From an uncultured delta proteobacterium (GTDB lineage: Bacteria > Myxococcota > Myxococcia > Myxococcales > Myxococcaceae), in NCBI GenBank assembly GCA_963771175.1, contig CAVYSY010000040.1, forward strand, positions 384,001-448,000: a stretch of 64,000 nucleotides of DNA. Reading direction: 5' to 3'. Shown piece after piece: positions 1 to 9,002 of the stretch. How positions within the stretch are numbered: the stretch's first letter is position 1; every line of letters starts with the position of its first letter. The translations under genes and the position numbers were made by a program. The notes beneath the pieces were generated by a model. That model worked only from the letters and a program-made list of their open reading frames with translations. It had not been told where the DNA came from and made no database searches.

Positions 1-916
1 CTGGCTCGACTGGACCGCATGCCGGCCCCCATCAACGGGGACCAGCTGGCGGCCGCCATCGAGCGTGGCGTGGGTGACAAGGACAACAAGGGCGCCACCG
101 ACGAGTTCAAGCAGTTCGCCGACTGGGCCAGGAAGAACGAGAGCAAGCTGTCGCCCGAGGCCAAGCAGGTGCTGGGCGTCTACGAGAAGTACGCCAAGGC
201 CGCCCAGGCCAAGGGCCAGTCGGGCATCCCCGAGGCCGAGTTCAAGAAGATGGTCTCCGAGAATGAAGGGCGTCCACGACGTCGGCGCGTCGAAGGAGCT
301 GGCGAAGCTGGATGCCCACAAGGGCCCCATCAACGGGGACCAGCTGGCGGCGGCCATCGAGCGCGGCACTCGTGACCTGGACGGCAAGGCGGCGTCCGAC
401 GAGTTCAAGCAGTTCGCCGACTGGGCCAAGAAGAACCAGAGCCGGCTGTCGCCCGAGGCCAAGCAGGTGATGGACATCTACGAGAAGTACGCCAAGGCGG
501 CCCAGGCCAAGGGCCAGGCGGGCATCGCCCCGGCGGACTACAAGAAGATGGTCTCCGAGATGAAGGGCGTGCAGGACGCGGGCGTGGCCCGCGAGCTGGC
601 GAAGCTGGACTCCCACAAGGGCCCCGTCAGCGGCGATCAGCTCACCTCGGCCATCGACCGGGGCGTGCGTGACCCGGACAACAAGGCGGCCACGGACGAG
701 TTCAAGCAGTTCGCCGACTGGGCCAAGAAGCACCCGGCCAAGCTGTCGCCCGAGGCCAAGCAGGTGATGGACATCTACGAGAAGTACGCCAAGGCCGCCC
801 AGGCCAAGGGCCAGAGCGGCATCGACCCGGCGGAGTACAAGAAGATGGTCTCCGAGATGCGCTCGGCGTCGCGGCCGGGCAACTCCGGAGGCTTCAACTC
901 GTACGTCATCCGCTAG
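1..916 (+). CDS. Helical tandem-repeat protein (5'-truncated; three ~99-aa repeats; one frameshift near 262)
   Basis: ORFs 19..375 and 65..916 join into repeats of 'GPI/VNGDQLAAAIERG..D.D.KA..DEFKQFADWAKKN...LSPEAKQVMDIYEKYAKAAQAKGQ.GI....YKKMVSEM'. DNA period ~297 bp (units near 25, 322, 619). Confidence 0.75.
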   Translation, partial: WLDWTACRPPSTGTSWRPPSSVAWVTRTTRAPPTSSSSSPTGPGRTRASCRPRPSRCWASTRSTPRPPRPRASRASPRPSSRRWSPRMKGVHDVGASKELAKLDAHKGPINGDQLAAAIERGTRDLDGKAASDEFKQFADWAKKNQSRLSPEAKQVMDIYEKYAKAAQAKGQAGIAPADYKKMVSEMKGVQDAGVARELAKLDSHKGPVSGDQLTSAIDRGVRDPDNKAATDEFKQFADWAKKHPAKLSPEAKQVMDIYEKYAKAAQAKGQSGIDPAEYKKMVSEMRSASRPGNSGGFNSYVIR

Positions 917-958
917 TCTGCGGTAGCGGACTCACCTTGATGTAGGGGGCGGGTCGGT

Positions 959-2962
959 ATGCAGCCGACCCGCCCCTGTACTTTTCAGGAGGACTCTCCC
1001 CTGGTGTCAGTCGAGCCTCAGTCCACCAGCATCCTGATCGTGGAGCACGTCCCGGCCGAGCTGCTGGACGTGGAGGCCACCCTGTCGCCCCTGGGGTATC
1101 GGCTGGTGAAGGCCTCGTCCGGCCGCGCGGTCCGAGAGCTCCTCCCGCGCATGGAGTGGAGATGCATCGTGGCGGACGTGCAGGCGCCGGACCTGGACGT
1201 GCTCGCGACGCTCCTTCCTCACACGCCCCTCTTGTTGCTCACGCCCACGCCTCGGGACGAGGCCGCGCTGCTGCGGGGTCTCTCCTTCGGGGGCGTGGAG
1301 TACCTGCTCAAGCCGTTTGCCCCGGACGTGCTGCGCGCTCGGGTGGCGGCCCTGGTCGAGCGGTTCCAGCGGGTCCGGGCGCGGGAGGCGCTCTTTCACG
1401 AGCGCGAGTCCGAAGCACTCTGGCGGTCCGCGAGAGAGCAGCTCTACGCCGTCCTGCAAGAGGCTCCCGCGCTCATCAATCTCTTTCACGGGCCCGAGCA
1501 CGTCCTCGAGTTCGTCAATACGGCGGCCGAGAAGATCACGCCAGGCGTGAAGGCCTTCCTGGGCCAGCCAGCCCGGCTGGCCCTGCCGCATCTCGAGGGG
1601 CAGGGGTTCTTCGAGCTGCTCGACCACGTGCTCCAGACGGGGGCGCCTGCTGTCGTCCTGGAGCCCTCGCTCTGGCTTCCGTTGGAGGGTGGGGGAGCGG
1701 AGACCCGTTCCTTCCACCTCGTGTACCAGCCGCTGCACGGGCTGGATGGCCACGTCGAGGGAGTGGCCTTCGTCGCCATCGAGGTCACCGAGTTGGTCCG
1801 CGCGCGGCAGCGGGCCGAGGCGCTCGCCGATGACCTGCGCCGCAGCGAGGAGCGGTTCCGCACGTTCGCCGAGGCCACGTCCATCATCCTCTGGAGCGCC
1901 GACCACACGGGCAACATCGTGGAGGACTCGCCCTCCTGGAGGGGGTTCACGGGCCAGGCCTACGCGCAGTGGCGGGGCGATGGGTGGCTTGACGCCATCC
2001 ACCCGGAGGACCGGGCCAGGGCCGCGGACGTCTGGCATCGTGCCTATGCCTCGCGCACGCTCTACGCGGTCGAGTACCGACTGGCGCGGAAGGAGGGGGG
2101 CTACAGCCACGTGCTGATGCGGGGCGTTCCCTTGTTCTACCCGGATGGCTCCCTGCGCGAGTGGGCGGGCACCATCGCCGACATCACCGAGCGCAAGCAG
2201 GCCAGCGAGGAGCGCGAGCGCATCCTCGGGGAGCTGGCCGGGGCCGTGCGGGCCCGGGACGAGTTCCTCTCCGTGGCCAGCCACGAGCTGAAGACCCCGC
2301 TCACCCCGTTGAACCTCAAGCTGCAGCTCCTGGCGAGGGCCGTCGGGGCGGGGGGCGTCACCGCCGAGCGGCTGCTGGGGGACATCGAGGTGTTGTGCCG
2401 GCAGGTGAAGCGCCTGGCGGACCTGGTGAACGATCTGCTGGATGTCTCGCGCCTCTCCGCGGGGCGGCTCGTGCTCGACCTGGAGCAGGTGGACCTGTCC
2501 GCCGTGGTGCGCGAGGTCGCGTCCCAGTTCGAGCCGCAGGCGGCGAAGGCGGGATGCCGGCTCGAGTTCCAGATGGAGGAGCGGGTCGTCGGCCACTGGG
2601 ATCGGCTCCGGTTGGAGCAGGTGGTGGTGAATCTCCTGTCCAATGCCATCAAGTACGGCGCGGGCAGCCCGGTCCACGTTCGGGTCGAGGCGGACGGCGA
2701 GCGGGCCCGCCTGTTGGTGCGAGACGAGGGAATCGGCATCGAGCCCGAGCACCTGGAGCGCATCTTCGGGAAGTTCGAGCGCGCGGTGTCGGAGCGGCAC
2801 TACGGAGGGCTCGGGCTGGGCCTCTACATCACCCGGCAGGTGGTGGAGGTGCTGGGAGGCACCGTGAGCGCGGAGAGCCGCCCGGAGCAGGGCGCCTCCT
2901 TCCGCGTGGAATTGCCCCTCCGAGGGCCGGCGGAAGCTCAGCAGCCGCGCAGGGAAACTTGA
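959..2962 (+). CDS. Hybrid sensor histidine kinase (REC-PAS-PAS-HisKA-HATPase)
   Basis: Degenerate N-terminal receiver (ILIVEH...YLLKPF), PAS motifs (WLDAIHPEDR), H-box ASHELKTPL, N-box NLLSNAIKY, G-boxes DEGIGI and GLGLGLYI. Confidence 0.92.
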   Translation: MQPTRPCTFQEDSPLVSVEPQSTSILIVEHVPAELLDVEATLSPLGYRLVKASSGRAVRELLPRMEWRCIVADVQAPDLDVLATLLPHTPLLLLTPTPRDEAALLRGLSFGGVEYLLKPFAPDVLRARVAALVERFQRVRAREALFHERESEALWRSAREQLYAVLQEAPALINLFHGPEHVLEFVNTAAEKITPGVKAFLGQPARLALPHLEGQGFFELLDHVLQTGAPAVVLEPSLWLPLEGGGAETRSFHLVYQPLHGLDGHVEGVAFVAIEVTELVRARQRAEALADDLRRSEERFRTFAEATSIILWSADHTGNIVEDSPSWRGFTGQAYAQWRGDGWLDAIHPEDRARAADVWHRAYASRTLYAVEYRLARKEGGYSHVLMRGVPLFYPDGSLREWAGTIADITERKQASEERERILGELAGAVRARDEFLSVASHELKTPLTPLNLKLQLLARAVGAGGVTAERLLGDIEVLCRQVKRLADLVNDLLDVSRLSAGRLVLDLEQVDLSAVVREVASQFEPQAAKAGCRLEFQMEERVVGHWDRLRLEQVVVNLLSNAIKYGAGSPVHVRVEADGERARLLVRDEGIGIEPEHLERIFGKFERAVSERHYGGLGLGLYITRQVVEVLGGTVSAESRPEQGASFRVELPLRGPAEAQQPRRET

Positions 2963-3017
2963 GTCCAGGTCCACCTCCGCCGTCCTCATCCGGGGCAGGC
3001 TCACACGTTGACGGCCC

Positions 3018-6000
3018 GTGCCTCGGAACGTACGGTTCTGGTCTCTTGTCGGAGGCGGCTTGAAGACCCACGCGCCGAACGGTCGTCCCTCCCGGACGGA
3101 GGCGTCCCGCGAGCCCGCGCGCCCAACCCGTGAGCGCGTGAGCGAGCATTCCGCGTCGACGCGCCACGAGGCTCCGTCCGTGGCGCCGCCTTCGCTCGAC
3201 TTCCACCTCGCCAGTCTGTCCATCTTCCCGCCGGACAGTGCTCCCTCGCCCGAGAGCCACCCCGATGTCGCCAGCGCCCTCGCGCGGCGCGGTGGCGGAC
3301 TGCCGCTCGCGCCGGAGTTGCGCGCGGAGCTGGAACCGACCCTCGGCGTGGTGCTCGGTGGCGTCCGCGTGCACGACGGGCCCGCCGCGGCCGCCGCGGC
3401 CGCCATGCTCCACGCCGACGCCTTCACGGCGGGTCACGACGTGTTCTTCGCGAGCGGCCGCTTCGCTCCGGAGAGCGCTGATGGCAAGCGCCTGCTGGTT
3501 CACGAGCTCGCGCATGTCGCGCAGGTCGGGCGCGGCGCCGCCTCCGCGGGTTCGCGCCTCAGCACGCCGGGCGAGCCTCTGGAGCGTGAGGCGCGCGAGC
3601 TCGCCGCGCGCGGCGGCGAGGGTGTGGCGGATCGCGCGGCGGCGCCGCTGCGTCCGTTGCTGCCCGTGCCCGCGCAGGTGCCGATCTTCCGCGACGCTCC
3701 GAAGCCGCTGTCGATTCCGCGCATCCACCTGTCGCAACAGGGCGAGCTCCTCCAGCTCACCCTGAACGGCGTCATCATCGCGGTTGGCGAGGGGCCCGCC
3801 AACGGGAGCGCCTCCGTCAGGACGGTCCTCGTCGAGGGGCGCTTCGGCCTGGTGGTTCAGCTGGGGCCGGGGCAGACGATGCGGTTCCTGCGGCCCCAGG
3901 TGACGCAGTCGCTCGGCGCCGTCGCGCCCGTCTACGGCGCGGTGATCCTCGCGCCTGGGCTGCCTCGCGGTGAGCTGGACCTCGGTCCCTCGCTGGAGGT
4001 CCTCGACAAGGTGCAGTCGTCGATGGCCCCGTCCGGCGCCGCGAAGACGGCGGACAAACCGCGTCCGCCGCCGAAGACGAACCAGGAGTCCAAGGCGAAT
4101 GCTACCGCCGCCGCGCTCGCGAGCGAGTTCCCGCTGCTGACCGGCGAACCCGAGGAAGTGGCGCAGGAGCCCGCGCAGGTGCCGGACGAGGACACGCTGC
4201 CCGCGGGGGCGCTGCGGCCGCGGATGCCCATCGAGCTCGATCCCGCGCGGCCGGATCGCTTCCTCGTCCCCGAAGGCTACACGCGACCTGAGATCGCGGC
4301 GGCGCTGCTCGGTGACGCGAGCGCGCTGAACCTCTTCGAGGTCGAGGAGGGGGCCGCGCCGACCACCGCGGAGGGCACGCCGCGCCGCTACGTGCGCGTC
4401 ACGGCGCCGGACCGACTCACGGGTGACGCCCTCGAGAAGGTGCGCGCGCGCCTCGAACAAGACCTCCGATCCGACGTCGCCTGGACCCTCGCGAAGCTCT
4501 CCGAGGGGACGATTGACGATGCCGACGAGTGGGAGCTCGTCGAGCGCGCGCTGCGCTGGTCGCAGTACTCCGGGATCCGGGATGCGGCGGGCGTGAGCTA
4601 CTTCGACCGCTACCTCGACGCGCTCGCCGCGCGCAGCCTGAAGCAGCCGCACTGGTACACCCTCACGCTCACCAGCGCGTCGCACACGGCGCTGGAGTGG
4701 CTCCTCATCGAGACCGAGGAGAAGGCCGAGCAGCTCCAGAAGGCGATCGCGCTCCGCTCGAAGAAGCACAAGGTCGCCTACACCGTCACCGATGCCGCGC
4801 CCGCCCTGGCGCGGGGTGACGTCGCGGGCCGTTTCTTCTGGTCGAGTGGTGGCGGCATCCAGATCCACGTCATCACCCAGCTCGCCGACGAGCCCACGTT
4901 GGAGCGCGCCGACATCCGCACCCGCAACTCAACGGTGTGGGGCGGCATGCGGATCCTCATCCCCGGTGCGGACGGCCGCTTTCGCGGCTACGGCGTGGAC
5001 TTCGCGACGATCCTCGGCAACACGCACCCGCTCGACGACCCCAGTGGCCACTTCGCCTGGTACTACCCGGGGACAATCTTCATCCGCCCCGGCGAGACCC
5101 GCCTCGGGCAGGGCGCCGGCGAAGGCGACGCGCTCGCGTTGCGGCAGTCGATCGTCACCGACGCGCTCGCGCAAGCGACGGTCGAGAAGCCGTGGCCGCT
5201 GCTCGGGCTCGACTACGACGTGCTGGAGTTGTTCACGCCGGCTCAGCGCGCCGAGGCGTTCGAAAAGGTGATCGGCGGGCCAGGCCTCGAGCACCCGAAC
5301 GGCATCGGCTTCCTCGCGCGCGTGCTCGCCTCCACGTCGGATCGGGACTTCCCGCTCCTCGAGCGCAAGCTCACCGACGGCGGCGTGCTGCTGAAGCTGA
5401 TGGCGAGCAACTCTCCGGCGAAGATGGAGCTCGGCCAGGCCTTCACCCTCAAGGCGCTCGCCGCCGAGCCGCTCGCGCTGGACTCGCTCGACAAGCTGCC
5501 GACGTTTCACCTCGGGCGCGAGGGCGAGACGACGCACATGTTGTCCACGCCCGTCGAGCAGGTGAGCACTCAGCTCGTCGAGCCGGGGAAGTGGGATCCG
5601 ATGCAGGGCGTGAGCCTGCGGGCGGAGCCGGCCGCGCCCGGTGAGACGCCCGGTCCCGCGACGCGGACCGCGCTTCGCTTCCAGCCCGTGACGCACAGGT
5701 TCCAGGCGCGCTACACGTCGACGTCCGAGCTGGGCGCGAAGAGCAGGGCGCTGCACCCGTTGGAGCTCGTGCGCGTCGAGCTCCACGGCCCGAAGCCGCA
5801 GGTCCGCATCATGACGGCGATGGAGCTGATGCTGACGGCTTCCATCGCCGACCCCTCGCTCATCTGGTCGGCCGTGGGCCGCATCGGTGAGATGCACATG
5901 ATCTACGGAGGCGTCTCCGGGCTGGCGCGCGGCCTGGCGGCGGCGCCGCTCACGGCCGAGGGGGCGCTGGCCCGCGCCGAGGGTGCGGTCGCCGCCGAGG

Positions 6001-7472
6001 GCGTGGCGGCGGCGCGCCAGGCCGCCGTGCGACAATTCATCGGCCGTGCCCTGCTCGTCTCGACGATGGCGGCGGTCGACACCTACCGGGACGAGCTGTC
6101 GAAGACGGAGGAGGGACGGGCGTTCCTCGCCGTCTACGACGTGGCCATGGTGGCGCTCGCCGCGCGCGACATCTACAGGCTCGCGTCGTCGGGGATGCTG
6201 CGCGAGCTGGTGGTGCGCGGCGAGGCCCTGCTGCGGCGGCTCGGCAGCGGCGCGTCCGCGTCCCTGCGCGAGGCGATCGACTCCGCCAAGGCGCTCCAGC
6301 TCACCATCGACCGCCTGCTGGCGGAGAAGAAGATCTCGATCACCCCCGAGGGCGTCGTCTGGAACGTCGCCGAAGGGGAGGGGGCCTTCAAGCAGATCTT
6401 CTTCTCGGTGCGCGCGGAGCTCGCGGCCGGACGCACGGTCAGCGGCCTGCGTGCGGCGGGCCTCTCGACCGCGACGGCGGAGCGCACGCTCGAGGCGTTG
6501 AAGGAGCTCGCCAAGGAGAGCGAGGAGGCGGCGCGCGCGTACAACGCGGTCGCGCGTCGCGCCGCGGGAATGCCGGCGGCGGAGGCAGACCGGTACCTGT
6601 CGGCGATCGACTCTCTGCGCTCGGCGACGCCCTCGACGCTGCGAGGTGGCCTCCCGTCCATCCTCCGCGCGTCCGGCACGGCGGCCGCCGCGGATCCCGT
6701 GGCGCTGCTGCAGGACGCCGAGTGGTTGTTCAAACAGCCTGGGCTCTCCGCGGACGCCGCGCAGACCCTCGCGGCGAAGGTGGCCGAGAGCGCGCTCGAC
6801 CTGCGCTGGTTGCGCACGACGAGCCTCACGATGGAGGACCTGAACTTCCTCGCGCGCGATCCGAAGACGCCGTGGGACCTCCTGCGGCGCGCGGCGGCGG
6901 ACCCCAACAATCGCGCGCTGCAAATTCTCGCCCGCACGCGCCTCCGCGGCATCGCCGGCGAGGTCGTCACCGAGCGCTCAGCGAGCAAGGTGTTCCCTGG
7001 GTACCGCCTCACCGGGCGCCAGGTGGATCTGCCCGGCGGTCACGTCGTCGACTTCGAGCTGGCGGCGACGGACGGCACCGGGCTCCGGCACGCGCTCGAG
7101 GTGAAGGGCTGGACGCGCGACGTGTGGCGCGATGCGCTGAACGCGTGGGTGGCGGCGGGATCGCCGGTGGGCGAGGAGGCGATGGTGCTCGCCGCCGCGA
7201 ACGTGTCGAAGGATCAGGCGAGGCTGCTGAAGCAACTGGGGGGGCTCGTCGCGCAGCTCGGGGACGCCGCGAGCGCGCCGCGCGGCAATCCCTTCCTGGT
7301 GGTCACGTCGGGGCTGAGTGGGCCGACGAGCACGAAGCTGCGCGCCTTCCTGTCGAAGATGGCTCCTGGCGTCGAAGTGCGCGCGATCAGCGAAGAGGAG
7401 ATCCTCGCCGCATCGCGGCGGCTGCGAAGCGCGTTCGGGCTGCCGGAGGCGTTGCCGGAGGTACCAGAATGA
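3018..7472 (+). CDS. DUF4157 (eCIS core domain) protein with C-terminal PD-(D/E)XK-like nuclease; putative eCIS effector
   Basis: N-terminal 'GLPLAPELRAELE..LG..LGGVRVHD...LHADAFTAGHDVFF..GRFAP....GKRLLVHELAHVAQ' is the DUF4157 signature. C-terminal 'GIAGE...VDFEL...LEVKGW'. Start uncertain (3018 or 3138). Confidence 0.85.
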   Translation: MPRNVRFWSLVGGGLKTHAPNGRPSRTEASREPARPTRERVSEHSASTRHEAPSVAPPSLDFHLASLSIFPPDSAPSPESHPDVASALARRGGGLPLAPELRAELEPTLGVVLGGVRVHDGPAAAAAAAMLHADAFTAGHDVFFASGRFAPESADGKRLLVHELAHVAQVGRGAASAGSRLSTPGEPLEREARELAARGGEGVADRAAAPLRPLLPVPAQVPIFRDAPKPLSIPRIHLSQQGELLQLTLNGVIIAVGEGPANGSASVRTVLVEGRFGLVVQLGPGQTMRFLRPQVTQSLGAVAPVYGAVILAPGLPRGELDLGPSLEVLDKVQSSMAPSGAAKTADKPRPPPKTNQESKANATAAALASEFPLLTGEPEEVAQEPAQVPDEDTLPAGALRPRMPIELDPARPDRFLVPEGYTRPEIAAALLGDASALNLFEVEEGAAPTTAEGTPRRYVRVTAPDRLTGDALEKVRARLEQDLRSDVAWTLAKLSEGTIDDADEWELVERALRWSQYSGIRDAAGVSYFDRYLDALAARSLKQPHWYTLTLTSASHTALEWLLIETEEKAEQLQKAIALRSKKHKVAYTVTDAAPALARGDVAGRFFWSSGGGIQIHVITQLADEPTLERADIRTRNSTVWGGMRILIPGADGRFRGYGVDFATILGNTHPLDDPSGHFAWYYPGTIFIRPGETRLGQGAGEGDALALRQSIVTDALAQATVEKPWPLLGLDYDVLELFTPAQRAEAFEKVIGGPGLEHPNGIGFLARVLASTSDRDFPLLERKLTDGGVLLKLMASNSPAKMELGQAFTLKALAAEPLALDSLDKLPTFHLGREGETTHMLSTPVEQVSTQLVEPGKWDPMQGVSLRAEPAAPGETPGPATRTALRFQPVTHRFQARYTSTSELGAKSRALHPLELVRVELHGPKPQVRIMTAMELMLTASIADPSLIWSAVGRIGEMHMIYGGVSGLARGLAAAPLTAEGALARAEGAVAAEGVAAARQAAVRQFIGRALLVSTMAAVDTYRDELSKTEEGRAFLAVYDVAMVALAARDIYRLASSGMLRELVVRGEALLRRLGSGASASLREAIDSAKALQLTIDRLLAEKKISITPEGVVWNVAEGEGAFKQIFFSVRAELAAGRTVSGLRAAGLSTATAERTLEALKELAKESEEAARAYNAVARRAAGMPAAEADRYLSAIDSLRSATPSTLRGGLPSILRASGTAAAADPVALLQDAEWLFKQPGLSADAAQTLAAKVAESALDLRWLRTTSLTMEDLNFLARDPKTPWDLLRRAAADPNNRALQILARTRLRGIAGEVVTERSASKVFPGYRLTGRQVDLPGGHVVDFELAATDGTGLRHALEVKGWTRDVWRDALNAWVAAGSPVGEEAMVLAAANVSKDQARLLKQLGGLVAQLGDAASAPRGNPFLVVTSGLSGPTSTKLRAFLSKMAPGVEVRAISEEEILAASRRLRSAFGLPEALPEVPE

Positions 7473-8236
7473 GCAGACTGGAATGGGCCGTGATCGTGCA
7501 GGGGGAGCCGGGAGAGATCGCGCGGCGGGTACGCACGCACTTCGAGGCGCTCGACGTCGAGCCCGCGTTCGCCGTGGCACCGGGGACGACCGGCTGGCAC
7601 CTCGTGTACGGCACGGGGCATGGCCATTTCGGCCGCGAGGGCGCCCTGGCGGACGAGCTCGCCGAGACGGGCAGCGAGGTGGTGTATGCGCTCGCCCTCG
7701 GCGACGACGAGCCGTATGCGCTGGCGATCCGGAGCGGCGGGTCGACGGAGGTGGTGGGCCTGGCGCCCGACGAGTTGGCGCGGAGCCTGGGATGCCCGCT
7801 CCCCGATGCTGGCGGACAGCCGGCGGCGGCCACGCCGCGCCCGGAGCTGCATGCGGTTGCGCTGCTGGAGGGCCTCGGAGCAGACGAGGCACGAGCGGCG
7901 TATCGGTCCGCCCACGGGCAGCCGCCGCCGCCTGACCTCCAGTTCGACGCGACGCCTGGCGGTGTGGTCCTCCACGGTCCCGCCTGCGACAAAGGTTTCG
8001 CCGACCTGTCGATGTCCGAGGTCTTGCCGGAGGTGACGGTCTACCGCGTGACGACGTCGGCGCGGCTCGAGCCGTTCATGGTGCAGATCGTCCGCGGCGG
8101 CGAGCCCGTGGGGCATTTCGACCTGCCGCCGTGGCACGATCCCTTCTCGCCCGCCGTGGAGGAGGTGAAGGGCTCGCGCGAGCCCGCGGCCATCCTCGCC
8201 GCGCTCGGCATTCCACCGGCGCGCTTCGGCGCCTGA
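7469..8236 (+). CDS. Putative immunity protein (255 aa) coupled to the DUF4157 protein
   Basis: ATG at 7469 overlaps the upstream TGA (ATGA). MSRLEWAVIVQG... is the 3' part of ORF 6722..8236. No signal peptide. Function inferred from position. Confidence 0.6.
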   Translation: MSRLEWAVIVQGEPGEIARRVRTHFEALDVEPAFAVAPGTTGWHLVYGTGHGHFGREGALADELAETGSEVVYALALGDDEPYALAIRSGGSTEVVGLAPDELARSLGCPLPDAGGQPAAATPRPELHAVALLEGLGADEARAAYRSAHGQPPPPDLQFDATPGGVVLHGPACDKGFADLSMSEVLPEVTVYRVTTSARLEPFMVQIVRGGEPVGHFDLPPWHDPFSPAVEEVKGSREPAAILAALGIPPARFGA

Positions 8237-8237
8237 C

Positions 8238-8996
8238 TCACGACTTGCCGCGGCCCTTGGGTTTGGGCGGAGGCACCGGCTTGTCCTGAGTGGACGGCGT
8301 GTCCGGGACGAGCGCCCCGGTCGAGGCGAGCCGGGTGGTGGGCGGGACGAACTCCACGTGAAGCATGTAGCGCTTCAGGTTTTCGCCAGAAGCGGTGACG
8401 TCCGCGATGATGCTGTCCGTCGAGCTGCGCAAGGAGACCTGGGCTTGCCCTCGCTTCAGTTGTACCCGCCGGTCGGAGAGCGTCCCGCGCGTGGTGTGCA
8501 GGAGCACCAGGTCATTATCGCTCTCCTCGGTCATTGGCTTGCCGTCCGCGCTCTTCTTGGAGATGAAGAGCGTCGTCGTGGAACGGCCATCCGCCGCAAT
8601 CGCATGGGTGTCGTTGTGGTGGCTGATGTTGGGTGCATCCGCGGTGAGCTCGAGCCGAGCTGGCCGGTGGGCGCGTGGCGTGAGCTGCACTCCGCCGATG
8701 GATGCTCGCTGCTTGGGCTGTTTGGCGCCGGGGGTGAACAGGTCCATCGTCCAGCCCAGATCCGTGCGATAGATGGACGAATCCAACGAGGACAGCGGGA
8801 CCTCGACGATGTGGCCGCCCTCGCCGGCCTTCCGAACCGTCCCCGCGGACGCCGTCTGGATGCTCACGATGACCTGGTAATGAGGATCGGTCATGTAGCG
8901 GTCCAGCTCTTGCGTCTTGGGGATGATGGACGAATTGCTGGTGACGTAGACGACTTGCTTGGATTTCTTCTCGATGACGAGTGCGATGTTTTCCAT
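8238..8996 (-). CDS. Last eCIS operon gene, with an invasin/intimin-type Ig-like (Big_1) domain
   Basis: 'LELTAD...AIAADGRSTTTLFISKKSADGKP...VLLHTTRGTLS...GQAQVSLRSST...VTAS' resembles the Big_1 pattern. Starts 6 bp after the tail-fibre stop. Confidence 0.6.
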   Translation of the reverse strand: MENIALVIEKKSKQVVYVTSNSSIIPKTQELDRYMTDPHYQVIVSIQTASAGTVRKAGEGGHIVEVPLSSLDSSIYRTDLGWTMDLFTPGAKQPKQRASIGGVQLTPRAHRPARLELTADAPNISHHNDTHAIAADGRSTTTLFISKKSADGKPMTEESDNDLVLLHTTRGTLSDRRVQLKRGQAQVSLRSSTDSIIADVTASGENLKRYMLHVEFVPPTTRLASTGALVPDTPSTQDKPVPPPKPKGRGKS

Positions 8997-9002
8997 GGCG
9001 GT

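Noticed and set aside
1007..6923. Long opposite-strand ORFs (1007..3427, 2829..4868, 4929..6923, and similar ones such as 57640..59868)
   Set aside because: Shadow ORFs of high-GC coding genes, with no motifs and overlapping well-supported genes.
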